Positions 18,068 through 27,459 of a stretch of DNA of 64,000 nt are shown piece by piece. The translations under genes and the position numbers were made by a program. Where the stretch lies: NCBI GenBank assembly GCA_963700145.1, contig OY969474.1:352001-416000 (forward strand). The letters run 5' to 3'. This stretch comes from an uncultured Acidobacteriota bacterium. GTDB taxonomy: Bacteria > Acidobacteriota > Thermoanaerobaculia > Multivoradales > UBA5704. Position 1 is the first letter of the stretch. Each line of letters begins with the position of its first letter. Below the pieces are notes generated by a model. That model saw only the letters and a list, made by a program, of their open reading frames with translations, did no database searches and was not told the origin of the DNA.

Positions 18068-20251
18068 CTACTCCCGCAGCAGCCGCAGCCCGTTGGCGAT
18101 CACCAGGAGGCTCGCGCCCATGTCGGCGGCGATGGCGGCCCAGAGGGAGGCGAAGCCGGCGAAGGTGAGGACGACGAAGATTGCCTTGACCAGGAGCGAG
18201 AAGGCGACGTTCTGGCGGATCACGGCGAGGGTGCGGCGGGAGTGGCTGACGAGCCAGGGGAGCTTGCCGAGGTCGTCGCTCATCAGCGCCACGTCGGCGG
18301 TCTCGATCGCCGCGTCGCTGCCGGCGGCGCCCATCGCCACGCTGAGCGTCGCGCGCGCCATCGCCGGCGCGTCGTTGACCCCGTCGCCGACCATCGCCAC
18401 TTGGCCGTAGCGCGCCACCAGCTCCTCGATCGCCGCCACCTTCTCGCCGGGCAGGAGGTCGGCCTGCACTTCGTCGATCCCGGCCGCGCGGGCGATCGCC
18501 GCCGCCGTGCCGGGGTTGTCGCCGGTGAGCATGACGATCGGGCGCACGCCGAGCTTGTGCAGCGCGGCGATCGCCGCGGCGGCTTCGGCGCGCACCGGGT
18601 CGGCGACCGCCAGCAGACCGCAGACGTGGCCGCCGGTGCCGACCGCCACCGCCGTCCGCCCGGCCGCCGACATCCCTTCCAGCAGGCTGTGCACCTCCGG
18701 CGTCTCCTGGCCGCGCTGCTCGAGATACCGGTGCGAGCCGAGCCAGTACTCCCGGCCGTCGAGGCGCCCGACGGCGCCGCGGCCGGGGAGCACCTGGAGG
18801 TCCTCGGCGGCGCGCACCGCGACGCCGCGCTCGTGGGCGTGGGCGAGGACGGCGTGCGCCACCGGGTGGACGCTGCGCGCCTCCAGCGCCGCGGCGCGCG
18901 ACAGGAGCCCGGCCTCGTCGTGGTCGGCGAGCGGGATGACTTCGACGACCGCCGGCCGGCCGCGCGTGAGGGTGCCGGTCTTGTCGAGCGCCACGGCGCG
19001 CAGGCGCCCCGGGATCTCCAGGTAGAGCCCGCCCTTGACCAGCACGCCGTGGTGCGCCGCCGAGGCGAGCGCGGCGACGATCGAGACCGGCGTCGAGATG
19101 ACCAGCGCGCAGGGGCAGGCGATGACCAGCAGGACGAGCGCGCGGTAGAACCACTCCCCCCAGGCGCCGCCGGCCAGGAGCGGCGGCAGCAGGAAGACGA
19201 GGAGCGCCGCCGCCATGACCGCCGGCGTGTAGACGCGGGCGAAGCGGTCCACCCAGCGCTCGGAGGGCGCGCGCCGCTCCTGGGCTTCTTCGACCATCCG
19301 CACCAGGCGGGCGAGGGTCGTCTCCTCGGCCGGGCGCGTGGACTCGACGAGGAGCGCGCCGTCGCCGTTGATGCTGCCGGCGAAGACCTCGTCGCCGGGG
19401 CCCTTCGCCACCGGCACGCTCTCGCCGGTGATCGGCGCCTGGTCGAGCTCGCTGGCGCCGGACTCGATCCGGCCGTCGAGCGGCACGCGCTCGCCGGGGC
19501 GCACCAGGAAGCGGGCGCCGACCGCCACCTCGGCCGCGGCGACCTCCTCCTCGGCGCCGCCCTCGGTGAGCACGCGCGCCCGCCGCGGCGCCAGGTGCAC
19601 CAGCGCCGCCACCGCCCGCCGCGCGCGGCCGACGCTCCAGGCTTCGAGGACCAGCGAGAGCGCGAAGAGGAAGGTGACCATCGCCGCCTCCAGCCACTCG
19701 CCGAGGGCCAGCGCCCCCAAGACGGCGATGCCCATCAGCAGGTTCATGTCCGGGCGCAGGCGGCGGAGCGCCGCCCAGGCGCGCGGCAGCACGAACCAGC
19801 CGCCGGTCAAGATGGCGATGGAGTAGAGGGCGCGCGCCGCGGCGGGGACGTGGTGGGCGTGGGCGTGCGCGAGGCCCATTCCCTCGGAGCCGAAGGCGGC
19901 GGCGACGCCTTCGGCGGCGGCGTGGACAGCGAAGCCGGCGAGGGTGGCGAGACCGCTCGCGGCGACCAGGAGCGCCCGCCCGCGCCGGCGCCAGAGGCCC
20001 TCGGCCGGCGCGGCGCGGCCGTCCTCCCAGGCCTCGCCGGCGAGCCCGGCCCGCGCCACCGCGCGCAGCACGTCGCGGTCCGGCACCTGGTCGGCCGCGG
20101 CGGCGACGATCATCCGCCCCTTGAGGAGGTCGAAGCCCAGGAGCTCCTCGCCCCCCACCACCGGCCCCACCTCGCGCTTGAGCGCCACAACCTCCTGCGC
20201 GCAGTCCAGCCCGCGGATCTTGAACTGACGTCGGGCGGCGGTGGCCGGCAT
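18068..20251 (-). CDS. Heavy-metal translocating P1B-type ATPase (Zn/Cd, CadA/ZntA-like)
   Basis: HMA-like 'GLDCAQE'; TGES, CPC, DKTGT, HP and GDGVNDAP motifs. Confidence 0.93.
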   Translation of the reverse strand: MPATAARRQFKIRGLDCAQEVVALKREVGPVVGGEELLGFDLLKGRMIVAAAADQVPDRDVLRAVARAGLAGEAWEDGRAAPAEGLWRRRGRALLVAASGLATLAGFAVHAAAEGVAAAFGSEGMGLAHAHAHHVPAAARALYSIAILTGGWFVLPRAWAALRRLRPDMNLLMGIAVLGALALGEWLEAAMVTFLFALSLVLEAWSVGRARRAVAALVHLAPRRARVLTEGGAEEEVAAAEVAVGARFLVRPGERVPLDGRIESGASELDQAPITGESVPVAKGPGDEVFAGSINGDGALLVESTRPAEETTLARLVRMVEEAQERRAPSERWVDRFARVYTPAVMAAALLVFLLPPLLAGGAWGEWFYRALVLLVIACPCALVISTPVSIVAALASAAHHGVLVKGGLYLEIPGRLRAVALDKTGTLTRGRPAVVEVIPLADHDEAGLLSRAAALEARSVHPVAHAVLAHAHERGVAVRAAEDLQVLPGRGAVGRLDGREYWLGSHRYLEQRGQETPEVHSLLEGMSAAGRTAVAVGTGGHVCGLLAVADPVRAEAAAAIAALHKLGVRPIVMLTGDNPGTAAAIARAAGIDEVQADLLPGEKVAAIEELVARYGQVAMVGDGVNDAPAMARATLSVAMGAAGSDAAIETADVALMSDDLGKLPWLVSHSRRTLAVIRQNVAFSLLVKAIFVVLTFAGFASLWAAIAADMGASLLVIANGLRLLRE

Positions 20252-20294
20252 CGACCCAGGATGCCGGCCGAGGGGAGGCGGCGTCAAGCCGGGG

Positions 20295-21647
20295 TCAGAG
20301 CTCGATCCGCTCGGCGTGGAAGAGCGCGCCGTCGCGCACCTTGATCGTCTGGGTGGTGAAGAAGCGGCTCTCGGCGGTGAGGGCGTCGACGAGAGTCGTG
20401 CGCGGCACCTCGGTGGAGCGGAGGGGGTCGCCGTGCTTGCCCTTCATCGTGGAGACCATGGTCCGCAGCCGGCCGCGCTTGGTCTCGGCGCCCCGGCGGC
20501 TGAAGGCGTTCCACAGCGAGCGGGGGGTGGCGTTGAGGCTGCCGTGGTGCCCGACCTTGTAGAAGGTGACGTCGGCGAGACGCTCGCGCAGGTCCTCTTG
20601 GTCGAGGGCGAACTGCCAGTTCTCGATCTGCGCGTCGCCCGGGAAGAGGAGCTTCTGCCGGCCGACCTCGAACAGCAGGATGACGCTGGTGTTGTTCATC
20701 GCCTTGTCGAGCACGCGCACGATCTCGCGGAGCTGCTCGCCGCGAATCGCGCGCAGGCGCGGCAGGAGCCAGCGGCTCCGCCTCGGCCGTTCGTGCCCGA
20801 CGAGCACCGGCGCGCCGGGGAACAGCCGCTCCGTGGTCGGGCTCGCCGCCCTCCGGCTGGCCATGGCCTGGAACTGCCAGAACTCGCTCTCGTCGCGCTG
20901 CCGCTGCTTGCTGATCGTCTTGGTCTGCTTGAGGTTCGGCGGGCCGAGCACGCTGACCTTCACCCCGGGCAGCAGGCGCTCGAGCCCCGACTTACTGCCG
21001 GCGTTGACGTAGACGTGCCGCCGGCCCATGGTCATCAGGTTGCGGACGGCCGAGAGGTTGGGGAGGTTGTTCTCGCCCATGAACTGGAGCCGCTTGAAGA
21101 GCGGCCGGCGTCGGCGCGCCGACGCCGGCGTCGCCGCGGCCTCGTCAGCCTCTTCGTCATCGCCCTCGACGTCGTCGCCGCCTTCGACGAGCTCCTCGAG
21201 ACGCGGCACCTCCTGGAGGAGCGACCGGGCGACGGAGTGCATGTTGTGGAGCGCGGCGGTGAACGCCTTGCGGCTGCCGCTCGAAGCGGTCGTCGCCTCC
21301 TCGGCGTCGGGCTGCGCGTCGGGGTCCTCGGTCCAGGGCTGGATGACGACGTCGGGGTCGCAGGCGGCGATGATGCCGCCCGAGTTCGGGCCGTCGGTGG
21401 AAAAGCCGCTGATGTGGTCCTTGTGCCGGTGCGTCGCCACGACCGCGTGGAGCTTGCCGCCGCACTCGTCCCGGATGCTCTCGGCCACCGCAGCCATGTC
21501 GCCGAACCCCTGCGGCGCGCCGGTCGAGCCGAAGTCGATGAGGATGTGGCGGTCCTTCTCCCCGCCGTAGTGGAAGGTCACCAGGAAGCAGTCGCCGAAG
21601 CCGACCTGGTAGGCGCGGATCGTCACGGCGGAAGGGGAGTCGGCCAT
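20295..21647 (-). CDS. ComEC/Rec2-like metallo-beta-lactamase-fold hydrolase (cytoplasmic)
   Basis: QVGFGDC, IDFG, THRHKDH, NNTS, FPGDAQ and KVGHHGS motifs; no signal peptide. Confidence 0.8.
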   Translation of the reverse strand: MADSPSAVTIRAYQVGFGDCFLVTFHYGGEKDRHILIDFGSTGAPQGFGDMAAVAESIRDECGGKLHAVVATHRHKDHISGFSTDGPNSGGIIAACDPDVVIQPWTEDPDAQPDAEEATTASSGSRKAFTAALHNMHSVARSLLQEVPRLEELVEGGDDVEGDDEEADEAAATPASARRRRPLFKRLQFMGENNLPNLSAVRNLMTMGRRHVYVNAGSKSGLERLLPGVKVSVLGPPNLKQTKTISKQRQRDESEFWQFQAMASRRAASPTTERLFPGAPVLVGHERPRRSRWLLPRLRAIRGEQLREIVRVLDKAMNNTSVILLFEVGRQKLLFPGDAQIENWQFALDQEDLRERLADVTFYKVGHHGSLNATPRSLWNAFSRRGAETKRGRLRTMVSTMKGKHGDPLRSTEVPRTTLVDALTAESRFFTTQTIKVRDGALFHAERIEL

Positions 21648-23356
21648 CACCACTCCTCGCGGTGGCGCACCGCGAAGCCGGTGGCGCGCTCGCGGTGCAG
21701 GGCCGAGAGACGCCGGAAGGCCGAGGCGCCGCGCTTGAAGGAACCGGACCTCCAGAGGTAGTCGAGGCGCTCGCTCTGGCGCTTGCCGTTGAGCACGTTG
21801 TTGTGGACGTAGAACTTGAGCTGGCCGTACTCGTCGAAGACGAGGGCGCCGCCGCCGTACATCTTGACCTCCAGCGCGTCGGGCATGTCCTCGGGCTTGG
21901 CGATGCCGTAGTCCGCCAGCTCGCGGGCGCGCACTTCGAGCACCTGGTAGAACTCGGCCACCGTCTCGTGCAGCGCGAAGCCGTCGGGACCGATGCGCAG
22001 GCAGGGACGGAGCGAGAGCACGCGCGTGTAGGCCTCGTCGCACAGCTTGAGCGTCTTGCGGTTCTCCCAGATGAAGCGGAAGACCTCGTCCTCGTCGCGG
22101 CGCATGGCCTCGAAGTGCGTGCGGTCGTAGCGGATCGGGCCCGCCGGCGGCTCCCAGACGCCCTGGCCGCCCGCGTCGGAGGCCGGCTCGATGCCGTAGG
22201 CGCGGAAGCTCGCGAGCAGCGTCCTGCGCAGCTCGAAGCGCGAGTCGTCGGGGCGGACCTCGGTGTCGGCGGTCAGCAGTGCGCTCAGGTAGTCGCCGAA
22301 CTGGATGTCCACGGCGGGAGCGTAGTCGAGGGCGCGGATCGAGCTCGTCAGCAGCGTGCCGGCGATGTCCGCCCCCTGCTCGATGACCAGGCCGCGATCG
22401 ACGCCGCCCCCGCGCTGCTCGCCGAGCCGCTTGATCCGGCCCGCCCAGATCTCGAGGAAGCCGTTCATCACCGCCGCGACCAGGATCTCGCCGCGCCGGT
22501 GCGGCTCGATGAACTCCTCGAAGCGCCCAGCGGAGGCGTAGTAGTCCGGCGAGGGAGTGAGCTCCACGGAGCGGCGGAGGGCGTCGCCGCGGACCAGGCC
22601 CAGCTCACGCCCCATCTCCTCGGCCAACCCGAAGAGGATGGACCTGCGCAGCTTCTCGGCGGTCACCGCCTTGGGGTTGATCCGGTCCTGCTTCCCGGCC
22701 GCCGGCGAGCGGTCGATGACGAACGATGCGACGCCCGGCAGCGAGAAGACCGAGAGGAGGGCGACGATGTCGGCGAAGCCCTCGTGGAAGGCGGACTGAT
22801 CGGGCGAGGAGGGATCGTTGTAGCGCTCGCGCAGGCCGTCGAGGAGGGCATGGGTGGCCTCGTGCACGACCACGTCGTGGGAGAGGCAGGTAAAGACCAT
22901 CCCCGCGTGACCCGGGAAGTAGCCGAAGAGCAGGGCGTTGTCGTCGCGCGAATAGAAAGCGTTGGCGTCGGCGAAGGTGTGCGGGACGATGTTGAGCTGG
23001 TGGCTCTGGAAGCCCCAGCTCACCCGCCGGCCGAGCGCGAACTCGAAGCGCGCCAAAGCGCGCATGACGAGAGCGTAGACGTTCTGGCAGTGGAAGTTGG
23101 GGTCGCCGAGCAGCTCTTCGTCGGACTTCGCGGCGTACGGGTCCTCATCGGCGGGGATCGGCTGCGGCCGGTAGTAGGTATCGGTCGAGACATCGTAGTC
23201 GACCACCTGCACGCGGTATCCCCACGGCCCCGGCCGCAGCTCCTCGGCCGGCACCTCGACCTGGCTGCGCAGGATCCCTGCGGCGGTCTTCAGCCCAGGG
23301 TCCTGGGCGATTACCGTCAGCTTGCGCGTCCGGGGGATGGGGGGACGCTGCTTCAT
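21647..23356 (-). CDS. Cytoplasmic gluzincin metallopeptidase (M4/M36-like)
   Basis: NAFY, HEATH (HExxH) and downstream 'FHEGFAD'; no signal peptide; TGATG overlap with the MBL gene. Confidence 0.8.
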   Translation of the reverse strand: MKQRPPIPRTRKLTVIAQDPGLKTAAGILRSQVEVPAEELRPGPWGYRVQVVDYDVSTDTYYRPQPIPADEDPYAAKSDEELLGDPNFHCQNVYALVMRALARFEFALGRRVSWGFQSHQLNIVPHTFADANAFYSRDDNALLFGYFPGHAGMVFTCLSHDVVVHEATHALLDGLRERYNDPSSPDQSAFHEGFADIVALLSVFSLPGVASFVIDRSPAAGKQDRINPKAVTAEKLRRSILFGLAEEMGRELGLVRGDALRRSVELTPSPDYYASAGRFEEFIEPHRRGEILVAAVMNGFLEIWAGRIKRLGEQRGGGVDRGLVIEQGADIAGTLLTSSIRALDYAPAVDIQFGDYLSALLTADTEVRPDDSRFELRRTLLASFRAYGIEPASDAGGQGVWEPPAGPIRYDRTHFEAMRRDEDEVFRFIWENRKTLKLCDEAYTRVLSLRPCLRIGPDGFALHETVAEFYQVLEVRARELADYGIAKPEDMPDALEVKMYGGGALVFDEYGQLKFYVHNNVLNGKRQSERLDYLWRSGSFKRGASAFRRLSALHRERATGFAVRHREEW

Positions 23357-23404
23357 GGCACCAATTGGCTAGGAGGAATTCTACTCCTTCTCTTGCCTGC
23401 CGGC

Positions 23405-24559
23405 TCAGGCGCTGTCCAGGCCGAAGATCGGTCCCACGAAGGGGCCGGCGAGGAAGCTCTCGGGGTCGATCTGGCTCTGCAGGACGGGGCCGGCGTGGCG
23501 GCCGGTCAGGAGGAGGCGGGCGGACTCGGCGAGGCCGGCGGCGGTGGTGGCCTGGATGGCGCGCAGGGTGCGGTGGCCGCAGCGGAAGGGTGGGACGCGC
23601 CGCCAGCGCTCGCGGCGGTGGAGGATGCCCTGCGCGTCGCGCCCCTGCACCGCGGCGTAGACCACCACGAAGTCCTCCTCCTCGACGCGCGGCACGGTGC
23701 GCACCAGCTCGGCGTGCAGGTGCTCGACGCGGTCGGCGCCGGCGGGCGTGGCGTCGAGGATGGCGTCCACCCAGGCGTAGTGCCCGGGCCAGCGCAGGGT
23801 CTTGTAGTCGAGGTGGCGGACCTGCCCGGCGAGCGCCTCCGGCAGGTCGGCGGCGCCGCCGGAGGTCAGGTCCTCCTCGTAGACCACGCCGCCGATCACC
23901 ACCGTCGCCCGCTCCGAGAGCGACGGCAGCATCGTGCGCTCGCCGTCGCGCACCGCGATGGCGTCCTTGACGTACTCGGTCGCCACGCCGTGCGAGCTCC
24001 AGGTGAAGGCGTAGTAGTGCGGCGGCCGGGCGTTGGCGGTCAAGGCGCCGACGCGCATCGTCAGCGCGTCGGCGCGCTCGACGCCGTGCTCCCGGCAGAA
24101 GCGGCGGAAGAGGCCGTTGCCGAGGACGTTGACGACCCCCGGCGCGAGGCCGGTCTGGAGGAGGAAGCCGCAGGGCGCACCGGCGGCGATCTCGCGCCGG
24201 ATGGCGTCGGTGGCGGCGACGTGCTCGGTCAGGTTGGCGTAGTGCAGGTCGTGGCGGCGGGCGAGGCGGGCCATGCGCACCGCCTCGTCGCCCGGCAGGC
24301 AGTCGAGGAGGATCTCGGCGGCCGCGAGCGCTTGCTCCAGCTCCGGGCCGGTGCCGGTCGGCGGCAGGTCGAACGGGACGACGGCGCCCGGGCGGGACGA
24401 GCCCTCGAGGATCCAAGCCGCGGCCTCCTCGGCGCGCTCCTCAGAGGCGTCGCCGAGCCAGAGATCGCAGGGCGCGTCCCCCATCTCGCGCAGCAGGAGC
24501 CCCACCGCGCTCCCCATCCCGCCGGCCCCCGCGATCACGATCCTCCTCGGCGCGCTCAT
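23405..24559 (-). CDS. Saccharopine dehydrogenase / lysine 6-dehydrogenase family oxidoreductase
   Basis: GAGGMG Rossmann motif; GLAPG; YKTLRWPGH. Confidence 0.85.
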   Translation of the reverse strand: MSAPRRIVIAGAGGMGSAVGLLLREMGDAPCDLWLGDASEERAEEAAAWILEGSSRPGAVVPFDLPPTGTGPELEQALAAAEILLDCLPGDEAVRMARLARRHDLHYANLTEHVAATDAIRREIAAGAPCGFLLQTGLAPGVVNVLGNGLFRRFCREHGVERADALTMRVGALTANARPPHYYAFTWSSHGVATEYVKDAIAVRDGERTMLPSLSERATVVIGGVVYEEDLTSGGAADLPEALAGQVRHLDYKTLRWPGHYAWVDAILDATPAGADRVEHLHAELVRTVPRVEEEDFVVVYAAVQGRDAQGILHRRERWRRVPPFRCGHRTLRAIQATTAAGLAESARLLLTGRHAGPVLQSQIDPESFLAGPFVGPIFGLDSA

Positions 24560-24605
24560 GGCGGCGCGGTTTGTACCACGGGCGTGATAGAACGAAAAAC
24601 TAGTG

Positions 24606-25436
24606 ATGGCTCTCGAGATCTACCAGGTGGACGCCTTCGCCGAGCGGCCGTTCACCGGCAACCCGGCGGCGGTCGTGCCGCTCGCGGCACCGCGCGACGC
24701 CGGCTGGATGCAGGCGGTGGCGGCGGAGATGAACCTCGCCGAGACCGCCTTCCTGGTGCCGCGCGGCGGCGGGCCGGCGGGCGCCGCGGACGGCTGGGAC
24801 CTGCGCTGGTTCACGCCGGAGGTCGAGATGGAGCTGTGCGGCCACGCCACGCTTGCCTCGGCGCACGTGCTCTGGGAGAGCGGCCGGCTGCCGGCGGGGG
24901 AGACCGCCCGCTTCCACACCCTGTCGGGGCTCCTCACCGCGGAGCGGCAGGGCGAGCTGATCGAGCTCGACTTTCCGGCGCTGCCGCCGGCCGTGGAGCC
25001 GCATCCGCCGGCGGAGCTGCCGGCCGTCCTCGGCGGCGCCGCGACGCTGTGGGTGGGACGCCAGGCCGAAGACCTCGTCGTCGAGCTGGCGGACGAGGCG
25101 GCGGTGCGCACCCTCGCCCCCGACCTCGTGGGCCTGGTGCGGCTGGCGCGCGGCCTCGTCGCCACCGCCCGCGCCTCGACGCCGCCTTTCGATTTCGTCT
25201 CCCGCTACTTCGCGCCCGGCTTCGGCATCCCCGAGGACCCGGTGACCGGCCGCGCCCACTGCATCGTCGGTCCTTTCTGGGCCGAGCGCCTGGGCCGCGA
25301 CGAGCTCCTCGCCTACCAGGCTTCGCGCCGCGGCGGCGCCGTGCGCGTGCGCGTCGTCGGCGACCGCGTCCGTCTCGGCGGCCGCGCCGTGACCGTCCTG
25401 CGCGGCGAGCTCACCGCCGCCGCCGGCGGCGACTGA
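24606..25436 (+). CDS. PhzF-family isomerase/epimerase
   Basis: QVDAF, GNPAAV, ETAF, LCGHATLA and EDPVTG motifs. Confidence 0.92.
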   Translation: MALEIYQVDAFAERPFTGNPAAVVPLAAPRDAGWMQAVAAEMNLAETAFLVPRGGGPAGAADGWDLRWFTPEVEMELCGHATLASAHVLWESGRLPAGETARFHTLSGLLTAERQGELIELDFPALPPAVEPHPPAELPAVLGGAATLWVGRQAEDLVVELADEAAVRTLAPDLVGLVRLARGLVATARASTPPFDFVSRYFAPGFGIPEDPVTGRAHCIVGPFWAERLGRDELLAYQASRRGGAVRVRVVGDRVRLGGRAVTVLRGELTAAAGGD

Positions 25437-25527
25437 CCGCGGGGCCGCCGCCCACCAGCTGTAGTAGACTGGCGGCCCACGGTCCGAGCGCAATCACCCC
25501 ATCGAAACTGCGGAGGTTTCAAGGCGT

Positions 25528-27459
25528 ATGGGTCGGCAGCTGTCGTACTTGGTCTCTTCTCTCATCGCCTTGCTGGCGCTCGTGGTCGCGCCGGCTCACG
25601 CCACCAGCTTCGTCATGGTCGCCGACGAGGCGCTCGCCGACCAGGCGGCGCTGGTCGTCGAGGCACGGCTCCTCGGCCGCGGCCCGGCGGCCGCCTCCGG
25701 CATGCCGGTCACCGACTACCTCTTCGCCGTCGAGCGCGTGGTCAAGGGACAGGCCGACGCGGCCGTCGTCACCGTGCGCGTGCCCGGCGGGATCCGCGCC
25801 GACGGCCGCGGGCTCATGATCTGGGGCGCTCCCGCCTTCGCCGACGGCGGGCGGGCGCTGCTCTTCCTGAGCGACGAACGGCAGGGCGCGCACCGGGTGC
25901 TCCACCTGACGCTCGGCGCTTTTCACCTCCGCGAGGTGGACGGCGAGACCGTGGCGCTGCGCGACCTGTCGCAGCTCCAGGAAGTGCGCCCGCGGCCCAA
26001 CGGGGCGGCGGTCGAGCCGGCCCGCGCCGACCGGCCGCGCGACCTCGCCCGCTTCGCCCGCTGGGTGGAGGACCGGGCGGCGGGCCAACGCCGGCCGGCG
26101 GACTACTTCGTCGACCTGCCGGCGGCGGCGCTCGAGCGCGCCGTGGAGCCGTTCACGCTCCTTCAGTGTCCCGGCTCGGTCCCGGCCTGCGCGGGGCTCA
26201 ACATGCGCTGGTTCGAGTTCGACACCGGCGGCGGCATCGCCTGGCGGGCGCACGTCAACGGCCTCGCCGGCATCGCGGGTGGGGGGTTCACGCAGTTCCA
26301 GACCGGGCTCAACGCCTGGAACGCGGACGCGGCGACGCCGATCAAGTACACCTACGGTGGCACGACGACGGCGACCACCGCCTTCAGCGACTTCGACGAC
26401 CTCAACGTCGTCACCTTCAGGGACTTCCAGGGCGACATCCTGGACGGCGACTTCGACTGCGAGGAGGGCGGCGTCGTCGCCCTCGGCGGCCCGTGGTTCG
26501 GGGAGAACGATCGGGGCACCTTCAAGGGCATCACCTACCTGCCGATCGCCGGCGCCGACATCGTCATCAACGACAACACGCAGTGCTTCTTCCAGGACAA
26601 CCCCAAGGTCGCCGAGGAGGTCCTCGCCCACGAGCTGGGCCACACCCTGGGCCTGGGCCACTCCTGCAACTCGACGTCCTCCTGCAACGCCAGCGCGACG
26701 CTCAACAACGCCCTGATGCGCTGGAACGTGCACGACGACGGCCGCGGCGCCGCGCTGCAGAATGACGACCGCGCCGGCATCGCCAAGCTCTACCAGCCCG
26801 CCGCCCCGGCGACGCCGGCGGCGCCGAGCAACCTGCAAGCGACCGCGGTCTCGCCTACACAGGTGAACCTCACCTGGCAGGACAACTCGAACAACGAGAC
26901 CAGCTTCCGCATCGAGATCCAGCCGCCGGCCGGGATCAGCATTCCCCCTTTCCAGGAGATCGCCTCGACCGGACCCAACGTCACGAGCTTCAGCGTCACC
27001 GGCCTCCAGCCGGCCACGGGCTACGCCTTCCGCGTGCGGGCGCGCAACGCCGCCGGCGACTCCCCTTACTCGAACATCGACAGCGCCGTGACCTTCTTCA
27101 CTCCGTTCGTCTGCATCGAGGGGCCGACGACGCTGTGCTTGAACGGCGGGCGCTTCCAGGTCGACTTGGGCTGGCTGACGGCGGAGGACGACGGCCTCGG
27201 CCAGGGGGTGGAGCTCACCGACGAGACCGGCTACTTCTATTTCTTCAGCCCGCAGAACGTGGAAGTGGTGGTCAAGGTGATCAATGCCTGCGTCCTGGGG
27301 ACGCCGCGCTTCTGGGTCTTCGCCGGCGGGCTGACGAACGTCAACACCCTCCTGCGCGTCGTCGACTCGCAGACCGGAGCGGTCAAGACCTACGAGAACC
27401 CGCTGGGGGCGCCGTTCCAGCCGATCCAGGACACCAGCGCCTTCGCGACCTGCCCGTGA
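25528..27459 (+). CDS. Secreted metzincin (matrixin/M10-like) metalloprotease with FN3 and a C-terminal Cys-containing domain
   Basis: Signal peptide; HELGHTLGLGH and Met-turn (ALM); FN3 'PSNLQATAVS..WQDNS..YAFRVRARN'; terminal 'LCLNGGRF...DTSAFATCP'. Confidence 0.85.
   Translation: MGRQLSYLVSSLIALLALVVAPAHATSFVMVADEALADQAALVVEARLLGRGPAAASGMPVTDYLFAVERVVKGQADAAVVTVRVPGGIRADGRGLMIWGAPAFADGGRALLFLSDERQGAHRVLHLTLGAFHLREVDGETVALRDLSQLQEVRPRPNGAAVEPARADRPRDLARFARWVEDRAAGQRRPADYFVDLPAAALERAVEPFTLLQCPGSVPACAGLNMRWFEFDTGGGIAWRAHVNGLAGIAGGGFTQFQTGLNAWNADAATPIKYTYGGTTTATTAFSDFDDLNVVTFRDFQGDILDGDFDCEEGGVVALGGPWFGENDRGTFKGITYLPIAGADIVINDNTQCFFQDNPKVAEEVLAHELGHTLGLGHSCNSTSSCNASATLNNALMRWNVHDDGRGAALQNDDRAGIAKLYQPAAPATPAAPSNLQATAVSPTQVNLTWQDNSNNETSFRIEIQPPAGISIPPFQEIASTGPNVTSFSVTGLQPATGYAFRVRARNAAGDSPYSNIDSAVTFFTPFVCIEGPTTLCLNGGRFQVDLGWLTAEDDGLGQGVELTDETGYFYFFSPQNVEVVVKVINACVLGTPRFWVFAGGLTNVNTLLRVVDSQTGAVKTYENPLGAPFQPIQDTSAFATCP

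Noticed and set aside
21662-25819. 1385-aa ORF on the + strand
   Set aside because: Shadow ORF antisense or out of frame to the peptidase, dehydrogenase and PhzF genes; no motifs; typical high-GC artefact
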